Source: Gemmataceae bacterium (GTDB lineage: Bacteria > Planctomycetota > Planctomycetia > Gemmatales > Gemmataceae). From it: a stretch of 64,000 bases of DNA. The DNA is taken from assembly GCA_003136315.1 (NCBI GenBank), contig PLDW01000516.1, positions 53,086 to 117,085 on the forward strand, written 5' to 3'. The notes below the pieces were generated by a model. It searched no databases. It had not been told where the DNA came from and saw only the letters and a program-made list of their open reading frames with translations. Position numbers and translations under genes: made by a program. Positions 9,229 to 18,303 of the stretch are shown one piece after another; position 1 is the first letter of the stretch; each line of letters opens with the position of its first letter.

Positions 9229-9767
9229 TCACCATACCGGAAACCATTTGGGCAAGCATGCTGGCTGAATTCGGAAAGGAGAAACGGCAAGTCGAACAGG
9301 TCTGCTATCTGGATGGCGTGATGGTCGAGGATGGTGGTGTTGTCACGACCATGACCATTCCGAGCGCAATACTCGAACCTGGCCGGTTCCATGTCGTTCC
9401 CGAAGCGATGAATCAAGCGGGTAAGCACTTGCGTGCCCTGCGGTTGCGCCGCCTTGCACAGGTGCATACACACCCAACTGAATGGACGGGGCATTCTCAG
9501 TGGGACAACGAATGGGCTTACTCACAATTGCCGGGGGCCATTTCGATCGTCCTGCCACACTTCGCCCGCACAAAGCCACGGCTTGAGCAGACGGGCGTCC
9601 ACCTCCGGACAAGTGCCGGATGGCGTCAACTTTCGCCTCAGGAAGTGCTCCTGCACCTCCGACTTGTTCCCGGTGTACTCGATTTCAGGAGGACCTATGA
9701 AACAGCGCGTATCGAGTCGGCACGAAAGCGATCTTGGTGGTCGTTTTTCACCTTTTGGAAGCATTGA
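9225..9767 (+). CDS. bilC: JAB/MPN metallo-isopeptidase (BilC-like)
   Basis: EQVCYL catalytic Glu and QVHTHP..WTGHSQWD (HxH-x7-S-x2-D) JAMM motif. Confidence 0.88.
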   Translation: MITIPETIWASMLAEFGKEKRQVEQVCYLDGVMVEDGGVVTTMTIPSAILEPGRFHVVPEAMNQAGKHLRALRLRRLAQVHTHPTEWTGHSQWDNEWAYSQLPGAISIVLPHFARTKPRLEQTGVHLRTSAGWRQLSPQEVLLHLRLVPGVLDFRRTYETARIESARKRSWWSFFTFWKH

Positions 9768-11187
9768 GCGAGTCGGTGTGACCGTTGAGATACCAGACAC
9801 CGTTGCCGGAATTGCATCCGTGCAACACACCGCCTGGATGCTGATCAACCTGCTTGCCCGGTTCGAGGGGGTGCTGCATCGCGTTGGTGTCCGCTGTCCC
9901 CGTGGCATACAGCTATGCGATCGTGTTGTCCCACTTGCTGCCAGGGATCTCGACCTGGCAACTGCCCTCGTAGCAGGGGGAACTGAGATCGGCGTTGTTC
10001 CTGTCGAGGAGGGTGTGACGCTTGAGCGAACGATTTGCCTCGGGCCAGTCCCGACCGATTCTGGTAAACCCGATCTCTTTGCGTTCGGGAGCGGCTGGTG
10101 TGGTGGTGTTTCGGTAAATGCACCCAGTTTCGCATTGCTGCAAAGTAGTTCACCGCTCCCTCTGGGACCATACATCGCGGCCTGCATTGCCGCAGGGGAG
10201 GTGTTTAAGGCAGCCCGGATGCAGGCCGGAACTTACTCGGCTCCAGCATCGGCCTTTTATTCCTGCTGGGAGCACCAGGCGTCCGAAAAGCCGCTTGGCG
10301 GCGGCCCTCAAGAAGTCGAGATCACACTCGACGCCGCGCTTGTCGGCGCGGGGGCGGTTGGGTCCGCAGGAATGCACTCCCTTTGGGCTTGTTCTGGGCT
10401 GGCCGGCTCGATGGCACTGATCGATAACGATCCCTTGGGAGTAGAGGCTACGAATCTCAATCGCTATTGCATTTTCGGAACGCGGGCAGTGGGTCGCCAA
10501 AAGGCTTCATTTGCCGCTGAGACGTTATCTGATGCCTCGATCCGGTGGTATCCTCATGATGGCGGAATCGAGTCTTTTACGCTCAATTCGTCGCGGGTAC
10601 TCTCAGCCGTGGACCGCAACACATCGCGCGTGGCCATCCAGAACCAATACCCTGCCAGGATTTTTTCGGGCTCCACATCGGACCTGAGAGCGGAGGTTCT
10701 GCGCTGCGGCCCTCCGGGGATTGGGGCTTGCTTACGATGCTTCAATGAACCCGAAAGGATCGAACCAGATGAGGAACTCCGGTCAAGACTCAGGGCTGCT
10801 CGCGATGACGAACTTGAAGCATTGGTTCAATCGGCCGGTCTTGCGATGGCAGACGCCAGGGAATGGATTGCATCGGGAAGGTGCGGCGTAGCTGGCGAGC
10901 GTCTGTTGCCGCTACTACGGCAAAACGAAGGTGAGCCAGCATTCGCAGTTGGATTTGTCTCCGTTATGGCGGGAGTGATGCTTGCCGCGGAACTGTTGAA
11001 GGATCACCTTGTTCATTCCGGCCCCCTCTCGCAATCCCTCCAGAGAGCCACCTTCCAGTTTTTCTCTCCTCTCGCGCGGTCGAACCGGGCGATTGCGTTT
11101 CTTCGTGATCCCCGATGTTCGATGTGTGCCCCCGATTCGATTGCGACCCGCATCTGGGGACAGCGATTCGGCAGCATCTCTGGCTGA
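9697..11187 (+). CDS. bilD: E1-like ThiF adenylyltransferase (BilD-like), 496 aa
   Basis: GAGAVGS, DND..EATNLNRY, SAVDRNTSR, Zn pairs CLRC and CSMC; ATG 9697 with AGGAGG RBS. Confidence 0.88.
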   Translation: MKQRVSSRHESDLGGRFSPFGSIERVGVTVEIPDTVAGIASVQHTAWMLINLLARFEGVLHRVGVRCPRGIQLCDRVVPLAARDLDLATALVAGGTEIGVVPVEEGVTLERTICLGPVPTDSGKPDLFAFGSGWCGGVSVNAPSFALLQSSSPLPLGPYIAACIAAGEVFKAARMQAGTYSAPASAFYSCWEHQASEKPLGGGPQEVEITLDAALVGAGAVGSAGMHSLWACSGLAGSMALIDNDPLGVEATNLNRYCIFGTRAVGRQKASFAAETLSDASIRWYPHDGGIESFTLNSSRVLSAVDRNTSRVAIQNQYPARIFSGSTSDLRAEVLRCGPPGIGACLRCFNEPERIEPDEELRSRLRAARDDELEALVQSAGLAMADAREWIASGRCGVAGERLLPLLRQNEGEPAFAVGFVSVMAGVMLAAELLKDHLVHSGPLSQSLQRATFQFFSPLARSNRAIAFLRDPRCSMCAPDSIATRIWGQRFGSISG

Positions 11188-11249
11188 GGGCAAAGACTAT
11201 CGGAAAGCCTCAAGCGGACAGAGGGGTTCATCTCTGTGATGCTCATGAT

Positions 11250-11596
11250 TTATGCTCCAACCGTATCATTGATGCGGATTTCCAGGTCTGCTAAGGTCGT
11301 GAGTATCTCCTCGAACGGGAGGGGTTCTGAGTGATACATGTCCCGCATCGCCTGGTAATCGCGCCGCAAGGCGGGCAGGCGTTCGCTTGGGGGGACTTCG
11401 GGAAGTCGTACACCCCGCGAACAAGGCGGCGGATTGTTCCCTTCCGGGCGAGCCGGTGCAGGGCGAGATCGACTGCTTCGTGGCTGCTAATATCCTAAAA
11501 ATCCCCAGGGACGAGCACGGAACCGAGCCCGAGCCCGTGAATGCGGGCGAGCATCCTGGAATCAATGCTTTGCGTCGTGTTTCTGGTGGCAGACAT
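11250..11596 (-). pseudogene. internally deleted AbiE-type TA remnant: DUF6088 N-terminus (with in-frame TAG) joined to AbiEii C-terminus
   Basis: MSATRNTTQSIDSRMLARIHGLGLGSVLVPGDF*DISSHEAVDLALHRLARKGTIRRLVRGVYDFPKS, then in another frame VPPSERLPALRRDYQAMRDMY..PFEEILTTLADLEIRIN*. Confidence 0.8.
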
Positions 11597-11682
11597 GTAA
11601 GGAATCTGGCGAACTGTATTGTGTAGCCATCCGACTGGATACGGAGAAGCAGGGCAGTGACGCTCCCTCAGATACAGTACGA

Positions 11683-12348
11683 TTACGCGCGTTTCCATTG
11701 AATAAACAGGCGTTCGTGTTCGACATCCGGAAGGCATGTGTCAAAAGCTGAGCAGGACCATTTCCGCAGTTCCTCGCAGGCCTGCCATTGCTCGGGGTAG
11801 AAGTGGGCGAAGGTGAACCGGACGAAGTGTCCGAGACTCAGTGGAGCAAAGACCGGAATTCGGCTTGTGAGCCGCGAGATGGTCAGGTGCGAGGGCGGGT
11901 GGTCCAGAGTCCCGGAGTCGATGTCGTAGTCGAAGCGAATTGCCCCTTCAATCCGCAATCGGTCCCTCAATTCGCGGCCATCGAACAACTGGAGCAACTC
12001 GGCGATTGTGTAGTGTTGAAGCTCAAGAGGTTGAAAAAAGATTGGACATGGGTGGTACGATAAGCGGTGCTTCTTTAGGGTGTTTCCTTTGAAAGTGTAG
12101 GAAAACTGGAGGAGGGCGCCGTCGCTTAGAACGACAGAGTACCACCGGTTGTCAAGGGTGGTGATGTATTCCTGAAGAGTTGAGGTTTGGCCGAACAACT
12201 CTGACAGGGACATGTTGTTGCTCCACGTGACGATGGTCTCTCCGTGGGACGTCAGGTTGAGCACGGGAGAACTGTCGATGGCCACGCCGATGCCGAAGAG
12301 CGTGGTGATGAGGCGTTCGACCTCGTTACGAGCCTGGGCGGGCGTCAT
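11683..12348 (-). CDS. DUF2290-domain protein
   Basis: DGALLQFSY..KHRLSY.PCP and IRFDYD....HPPSHLTI...RIPV motifs; immediately downstream of a helicase. Confidence 0.85.
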   Translation of the reverse strand: MTPAQARNEVERLITTLFGIGVAIDSSPVLNLTSHGETIVTWSNNMSLSELFGQTSTLQEYITTLDNRWYSVVLSDGALLQFSYTFKGNTLKKHRLSYHPCPIFFQPLELQHYTIAELLQLFDGRELRDRLRIEGAIRFDYDIDSGTLDHPPSHLTISRLTSRIPVFAPLSLGHFVRFTFAHFYPEQWQACEELRKWSCSAFDTCLPDVEHERLFIQWKRA

Positions 12349-12364
12349 TACGTACCCCTAGGAT

Positions 12365-14515
12365 TCAGCTACCCTCGAGTGCTTTTAGCAACTTCTCCCG
12401 CAGTTCGTCTGGGATGTCGTCGAGAGTCATTTCCTCTCGCTCCAATAGTTCAAGCACCTGGAGGATGGACTTCCTTCCAGTGTGTATCTTCTGCAGCTCG
12501 TCTTCCGTTCTGTCGCGGTGAATGCGACGCATTTTGACTACCTCCTCCTGCGTGGGGTATTTGAATGACAGCGTGTAATTGTTATCGACGACCTGCTTCC
12601 ACTCTTCGGTCAAAAGGGCCATGCCGTCGCCAACTCCGCAGATACGCACCCAGGCACGTGATCGCGTGATGGCAGTGAAGAGAATGCTCCGACGACGGAT
12701 CGACCCTCCCCACCCACCAGCGCAGAATTCCGAGTTCAGGACGTACACCACCGCCGCCTCGTTGCCCTTCGCGCGGTAGATGCCTGAGATGGCGATGGAA
12801 TTAGCTACGTGGAATTCGTTCAGCCCGCGCGTGACCCCTGTAATGTGAGATTCGATACGTCTGGCCCGAAGTTGAGCAACGAGTGGCCCCGCGTCCTGAG
12901 CCGCAGTTACGGGATCGGTGAAGATAACTACGATATCGCTCGGTTCCAACTCGTCCTTTTCCAGATTCTCCTGAATCTGGGTGGCGACCCACTTTGCCTG
13001 CTCGGAGTGCGAGGTGAAACCATGCACTTGGACGGCATCATCAGGCGTAAGCAGTTTCCGGAAAAAGTCCGGCGTGGCGTCCGCTCGCCGCTGGAGGGTT
13101 ACCGAAGACCCGGCGGAAAGGTCACCGTTCGTCAGTTCGTAGCCGATGTCATGCCACAACGATGTGTCCTCGAACATCTGGATCAGGCCACCCTTGCGGT
13201 AGACACCGAATCCAAGTGCGTGCGCAGTAATCAAGGCCCACGGCGTGTTGCGATAGCAGACGGGCAGGATGATATCTTGGTGCGGTTGCGATTCGGCATT
13301 GCGTAGCTTTACCCTCGCCTCGCCTTCCTCATCAGTACCGAATAGCACCTTGAGATTCGGAACGGCAGTCTCCTTAAGGCTTTGTAGCTCATCATATGCC
13401 CATACGAAACGGTGTGGCGATCGTGTGCTGGCGTAGAGTAGGCGGAAGAAATTCGGCCCAAAGTCTTGGGCCTCGTCCACGAGCACGGCGTCAAAAAGCG
13501 CCTTTACGCCTTTGCTTTCTCTACTACGGATCTCCTTGATCGCCTCGCCGCAGATGCCTTCAAAGGCACCGGCAGCCATGTAACGCTGCTTGGCGTAGGA
13601 GTAATCTCTCACAATAAAATTATTTGCGCTTCCGATCAGGGAATAAACGCCCGGGTCCCTCTGGCCGCCCCACGCGTGAAGGACACGAAGTTTCTCCCAG
13701 TTGGGCTCGTCGCCGACGTGTTCAAACATGAACCGCCGGATGAGGTCCTGAAATTGGCCGTAAAGGGCGCGGGTCTGAAAGGTGACTAAGATGTTCCAGT
13801 CCGGATGCTGGGCATGCAGATACGCTGCTTTCAGCGCGAGGACCACTGTCTTCCCCGACCCTGCCAATCCTCTGATGCGTTGCGGCCCTTCCGGGCATTC
13901 GATCGCGGCCTTTTTCTGCCACCTGTCAAGGTTGGCAATCTCTCGCTCGATATGCTTGAGGATGCCACCCTTTGAATCCGCTTGTGTAACACTCGCCCGC
14001 TTTTTTTGGGGCTTGATGTTGATGACTTGCTGGATCGAGGCATTCAGGGCGCGTATATACTTCCGGTCAATGCCTTTGATAGCAGCGAGCGTGACCGAAA
14101 GTTCGCCGTGAGCGGCGATAATCAGGTTGTCGCTCGCGGGCAGTTTGACTGGTTTGCAGGGGAGATATGTGATGATACTGATCGGGGTCGCCAAATCGCG
14201 CTTTATCGTCAATTCCTTATGGCGTATTAATCTAGACTTCAGTGCTAGCTCGATTTCTGTTTGCCGCTCCTCCACCGCCGCCCACTCGGTCGGAGTGCTG
14301 TTACCGCTGGCTCGCGGACCCGCTGTGAGGTCGAAAACAACGATGCCATGCTCCACCGACGTCAGAATGGCATCCAGCGACAAGGACATGTCAGCGGTCG
14401 AGAGGATCGGGTATCCGACATAGAGTGTAGCGTCGGTCAAGGGGATCGCCTTCAACTCGTGGAGCAGATGCGCCACGGCTGTGGAATTAACGCTCGTCCC
14501 GATGACGTGGTCCAT
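12365..14515 (-). CDS. superfamily I DNA/RNA helicase (partner of DUF2290; helicase+DUF2290 defence system)
   Basis: GLAGSGKT, VLVDEAQD, YDELQ, YRN, IYRAKGNEA, FTAITRSR; ATG 14515 has AGAGG RBS. Confidence 0.9.
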   Translation of the reverse strand: MDHVIGTSVNSTAVAHLLHELKAIPLTDATLYVGYPILSTADMSLSLDAILTSVEHGIVVFDLTAGPRASGNSTPTEWAAVEERQTEIELALKSRLIRHKELTIKRDLATPISIITYLPCKPVKLPASDNLIIAAHGELSVTLAAIKGIDRKYIRALNASIQQVINIKPQKKRASVTQADSKGGILKHIEREIANLDRWQKKAAIECPEGPQRIRGLAGSGKTVVLALKAAYLHAQHPDWNILVTFQTRALYGQFQDLIRRFMFEHVGDEPNWEKLRVLHAWGGQRDPGVYSLIGSANNFIVRDYSYAKQRYMAAGAFEGICGEAIKEIRSRESKGVKALFDAVLVDEAQDFGPNFFRLLYASTRSPHRFVWAYDELQSLKETAVPNLKVLFGTDEEGEARVKLRNAESQPHQDIILPVCYRNTPWALITAHALGFGVYRKGGLIQMFEDTSLWHDIGYELTNGDLSAGSSVTLQRRADATPDFFRKLLTPDDAVQVHGFTSHSEQAKWVATQIQENLEKDELEPSDIVVIFTDPVTAAQDAGPLVAQLRARRIESHITGVTRGLNEFHVANSIAISGIYRAKGNEAAVVYVLNSEFCAGGWGGSIRRRSILFTAITRSRAWVRICGVGDGMALLTEEWKQVVDNNYTLSFKYPTQEEVVKMRRIHRDRTEDELQKIHTGRKSILQVLELLEREEMTLDDIPDELREKLLKALEGS

Positions 14516-14771
14516 TTTTGAACCTCTGGGCATCGCCCAGCACCTGACCACTGGCTGGTGGCATTCTCCGACTTTCTGATAGCCGCAGCAAGACGCTGGC
14601 CGCCCCTTCTCTACTTCGCTGAGGTTGCCAGGGCCAGAATAATCGCTAACCCTCTGTCTTCGCTTATGTTACGGCTTCGTAGTCACGAGGAATGCCTGGT
14701 TTTATTGATAATTCATGTTACCCTGGAAGCGGTTGCTTTACGAGGTCGGTTGGCCTTTCCCGACGCCTTAC

Positions 14772-14982
14772 GGGTGCAGGACCGGCTTTGCAGAGCCAAG
14801 CATTTTGCTTTTACAATCAAGCTGTAACTCACAGTCCCAAAACATTTTGTGTCAAGCCCAGCTTGGCGCTGACCGAGGTCGCTGACCGAAACCCGGTCAG
14901 CCTGATGGCCCTTCCAGGTCCACCGTTACCTTAGATTTCCTGAAGGGCAGAATCTGCCAATCGCAAAGCCGGTCCTGCACCC
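14772..14982. mobile_element. 211-bp MITE-like non-autonomous insertion
   Basis: 20-bp perfect terminal inverted repeats gggtgcaggaccggctttgc (14772-14791) / gcaaagccggtcctgcaccc (14963-14982), flanked by 10-bp direct repeat gacgccttac (14762-14771, 14983-14992). Confidence 0.85.
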
Positions 14983-14996
14983 GACGCCTTACTGGC

Positions 14997-15111
14997 AGTG
15001 CCCGGTTTAGTGCCCCTGGGGGCTGACTGTTCCAGGCAAAGAGGCCTAACCTCTATCCCTGCCACCCAGAATCTGTCGTTTTCCTTTTGTGGCAGTGCCC
15101 GTCCCGATCCC
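14997..15111 (+). repeat. diverged ~115-bp direct repeat, copy 2
   Basis: Aligns with 3264-3377. Confidence 0.85.
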
Positions 15112-15259
15112 TTGTTCCTCCTGCTTGGTGGGCAGTTTCGAGATGACTTTCCGCAAATTATGATAGAGAAATGCCTTGCGTCTCGAAAGGATTCCTAGCC
15201 TCTCCCCAGTCATATCAGAAAACAGTTGAATTTCGACGATTTTCTGGTACGATCAGGGA

Positions 15260-16078
15260 ATGATCGGCATCCAGGAGTTTATCGATTCCCAGCTTGCCCT
15301 GGGGCGCGCATACTTCAGCAAACCGACCGCCCTGGCGGCGGTTGGGATGACGCTACACGCATTCGAGTCGGCAATCGCGCGACTCCACAAGAAAGGCGTG
15401 CTCGTTTCCCCGCGCCGGGGATTTTACCTGATTCTCCGGCCTGAGGATCGGCAACTCGGTGCCCCTGATCCCGCCCGCTGGATTGATCCGCTGATGAAGC
15501 ATCAGGGGGTCGATTATCGAATCTCGCTGCTGCGAGCGGCTGCCTTCCACGGATCGGCGCACCAGGCCGCCATGTGCTTTCAGATCATCGCACCGAGCCA
15601 GCTTCTAAACATTGAGATCGGACGCCAGCGGGTCGAGTTTGTGTTCCAGTCCGCCGCTGCCTTTGCCCAATCGAATCGGCCTGAGTGGCTCGGGCAGTTG
15701 AAAACGGATGCGGGTTTTGCCAAAGTCGCGGGCGTCGAACTGACCCTGCTTGATATCTGCCGCTATTTCCATCGGGCGGCCGGGATCAATGGTGCCGCAC
15801 AGGCGGTCCATGACCTCGGGAAGAACGCCAATTCACGTATCCTCGCCAAGGCGGCCGGCGCTTATGAGAATGCCGCCGTCAGGCGGCTTGGTTATCTTCT
15901 GGAGCGGTTCGGGCATCAACGGCAGGCCGAGGCGCTCAGGTCATTCGCCGATAAAGCGAAATCCTTCAAGGCGCTCGATCCATCTGTGAAACCGCTCGTT
16001 GCCGAGTTGAGTGACGTGGAGGAGAAAAATCCGGACTGGAAGCTTGTCATCAATGTAGCAGTGGAGATAGACGTTTGA
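15260..16078 (+). CDS. abiEi: type IV TA antitoxin, AbiEi family
   Basis: N-terminal wHTH (RLHKKGVLVSPRRGFYLI), YRISLLRAAAFHG..HQA motif, ELTLLD. Confidence 0.88.
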   Translation: MIGIQEFIDSQLALGRAYFSKPTALAAVGMTLHAFESAIARLHKKGVLVSPRRGFYLILRPEDRQLGAPDPARWIDPLMKHQGVDYRISLLRAAAFHGSAHQAAMCFQIIAPSQLLNIEIGRQRVEFVFQSAAAFAQSNRPEWLGQLKTDAGFAKVAGVELTLLDICRYFHRAAGINGAAQAVHDLGKNANSRILAKAAGAYENAAVRRLGYLLERFGHQRQAEALRSFADKAKSFKALDPSVKPLVAELSDVEEKNPDWKLVINVAVEIDV

Positions 16079-16950
16079 TACCGATATCGCATTTGCAGGC
16101 ATGGACCGCACAGGCCCCCTGGCCTGATCTGCGGCAGGTGGAACAGGACCTGGTCATCTGCCGAGCCCTGTGCGACCTGTTCAGCAGCGAGCAACTGAAA
16201 GGCAAGATCGCTTTCCGTGGCGGCACCGCCATTCACAAACTGTTGTTCAAAAGACCGCTGCGATACTCGGAAGATATCGATCTTGTCCAGACAACGCCTG
16301 AGCCGATTGGCAAGACGGTCGATGAAATACGGGCGGCCCTGGCGTGGCTGGGAAAATGCAAACGGGAACAAGCCCCCCACTCGATGCACATGGTGTTCAA
16401 GTTTACACCGGAAGCAGGCGGTAGCCCGCTCAAGCTGAAGGTCGAGATCAACACCCGTGAGCAGGAAAACCTCCATGACCTGAAAACCTACCCATTCGTT
16501 GTCAGTAGCGATTGGTACAATGCACAAGCGGAGATTGTCTCATTTGAGCCGGAAGAGCTGTTTGGAACCAAGCTGCGGGCACTGCTCCAGCGAAACAAAA
16601 ACCGCGACCTGTTCGACCTGAACGAAGGATTGAGCCAGCTCGGCCTGGACTGCAATCGGGTGGTTGCCTGCTTTCAGCATTATCTCGGACTGGAGGGCCG
16701 GCCGATCAGCCGGGCTAACGCTGAGGAAAGGATGCTGAAGAAACTCAACCAGAGCCTCACTGAAGATATCGCTCCCTTACTTCCTCCCGGCGTGGGGTTT
16801 ACCGATGATGATGCCATTGTGGCGTTTGGGAGAGTGTGGGCAGAATTGATCACTCGGCTTCCCGGCGATCCCTGGAAATCGTCTGGCACCGCCATCGAGG
16901 CTATCCGCAAAACGAAAATCCCGACGCTGCTCTACGGTGTCCATGAATGA
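16075..16950 (+). CDS. abiEii: type IV TA toxin, AbiEii nucleotidyltransferase
   Basis: QVEQD, FRGGTAIHK..RYSEDIDL, KLRALLQR...RDLFD; overlaps antitoxin stop. Confidence 0.92.
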   Translation: MIPISHLQAWTAQAPWPDLRQVEQDLVICRALCDLFSSEQLKGKIAFRGGTAIHKLLFKRPLRYSEDIDLVQTTPEPIGKTVDEIRAALAWLGKCKREQAPHSMHMVFKFTPEAGGSPLKLKVEINTREQENLHDLKTYPFVVSSDWYNAQAEIVSFEPEELFGTKLRALLQRNKNRDLFDLNEGLSQLGLDCNRVVACFQHYLGLEGRPISRANAEERMLKKLNQSLTEDIAPLLPPGVGFTDDDAIVAFGRVWAELITRLPGDPWKSSGTAIEAIRKTKIPTLLYGVHE

Positions 16951-17012
16951 TGATCAGCCGGACGGCGGGAGTGTCCGCGGAAGAAGTGGGGGGCTGAGTG
17001 AAGAGAACTCAA

Positions 17013-17654
17013 CTACCTCTGAGAAGCTCCTGGGCTATATTGCTGGATTTGCGAGTGGTCCATCCTGCCGATGAAATTTAGGATGAATGTTGGTGTCAGC
17101 TTGTCTTCGTTCTTGACGGCTCTCGACTTCTCTGCGTCACTGAACCGCATGCCTTCGCCAAGAATGCCGTCAGCCTCTAGCTTCAGGGTCCATTGGATTA
17201 TCTCAGTGATGACGGCCCCCATGATCCCCTTTAGTTGGTGCGTTGCAACAATGAGATAGAATTCCACCTCTAGTTCAAAGTAGCGCATCAACTGCTGTTG
17301 TAAAAGCGGAGGAGGAATAATTTTAATTTGATTCTTACTAGCATCAAGTAGATGTTGGATTCTCGTTATTGATTCTCGCATTCGAACTTTACTTACTTCG
17401 CTATCCATCTGAGGGTCGCCAATAGAAGCCCCCTGGGTGCCATGAAAAGGGTTCCAGTAGCTGAGTTGTCCTTGGAGCATCCGGTAGAGAGGTGGTTCGA
17501 CCCCGTTTGGGTATCCGTCAAGTTCGAGCTGTATCCAGGATTTGAACTTCTGCAAATTCAGTTTGGTTGCGACGACCAATGCCCTCTGAAGCACGTTCGC
17601 CACATCAGGCTTAGTTTGTAGTGCGGCAGCCTGAAGATCCTCTACTAAGGCCAT
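17013..17654 (-). CDS. AbiTii-domain protein ending in a RHIM/amyloid-like motif
   Basis: LQAAAL..DVANVLQRALVVATKL....SWIQLELDGY....PLYR AbiTii pattern; C-terminus FIGRMDHSQIQQYSPGASQR*; ATG 17654. Confidence 0.82.
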   Translation of the reverse strand: MALVEDLQAAALQTKPDVANVLQRALVVATKLNLQKFKSWIQLELDGYPNGVEPPLYRMLQGQLSYWNPFHGTQGASIGDPQMDSEVSKVRMRESITRIQHLLDASKNQIKIIPPPLLQQQLMRYFELEVEFYLIVATHQLKGIMGAVITEIIQWTLKLEADGILGEGMRFSDAEKSRAVKNEDKLTPTFILNFIGRMDHSQIQQYSPGASQR

Positions 17655-17655
17655 G

Positions 17656-18288
17656 TCAGAGCCCTCCCACCGAATCGAAATAGTCCTGAATGGCCTTCCG
17701 AGCCGCATGGGCTTTGACAACGACGCCTTCCACGAGTTTTCCTGTGATCCCTGTGGTTAGCTTGTCTCGGAGACCGGTAAACAATTCACGAAGCAGGTGC
17801 CCCTTCGGCTTTGGGGACTTGAGCATGGCTTCTGCCGCTATGGCGTCCGCCCTCGCTTCTTCCTTGTCGGTAGGGTCCAGGTCAAGATCCTCTAGGACGG
17901 ATAGGAACGACCGGATCGCGTTCTCCGCTTTCTCGTGGGCACCGGCGTTGTGAACGGTCAGGGTTTGCGTGGCTCCCGGACTGTTCGACTGGATCGCCGA
18001 GTTGGTCATCGTACCGACGTTAAACACCGTGGACGGCTGGCCCGGGGAGTACGGATGGTGGAACGCCCGAATCACGGGCTCGCGAATCCCAAAATTCGGT
18101 AACTCAGGAACCTCTCCTACCTCCTCGATTTCGTACCTGTCGCGGGAGAGTTTCGACTGGATTATATCTCCCTGACGAACGTCAATGCCAATAGGGAACA
18201 AAACCCACTTGGCTTTGGCTTCAGGTCGCCACCCTTTGACTTCGGCGACGAGTTGGCCCGCCCGCAGGATGTCGAATAACTCGCCCAT
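17656..18288 (-). CDS. beta-barrel + amyloid-like motif + helical-bundle protein (paralog 2)
   Basis: Collinear similarity to 18304-18972 over all three regions; RBS; 1-bp gap to the AbiTii start. Confidence 0.8.
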   Translation of the reverse strand: MGELFDILRAGQLVAEVKGWRPEAKAKWVLFPIGIDVRQGDIIQSKLSRDRYEIEEVGEVPELPNFGIREPVIRAFHHPYSPGQPSTVFNVGTMTNSAIQSNSPGATQTLTVHNAGAHEKAENAIRSFLSVLEDLDLDPTDKEEARADAIAAEAMLKSPKPKGHLLRELFTGLRDKLTTGITGKLVEGVVVKAHAARKAIQDYFDSVGGL

Positions 18289-18303
18289 GTTGCCACTCCC
18301 TCG

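Noticed and set aside
9433-9696. 584-aa version of the E1 gene
   Set aside because: The extension overlaps the JAB gene and looks non-coding in that frame; a strong RBS supports ATG 9697.
14558-14934. ORFs 14558-14827 and 14692-14934
   Set aside because: They run across the MITE boundary and show no protein-like features.
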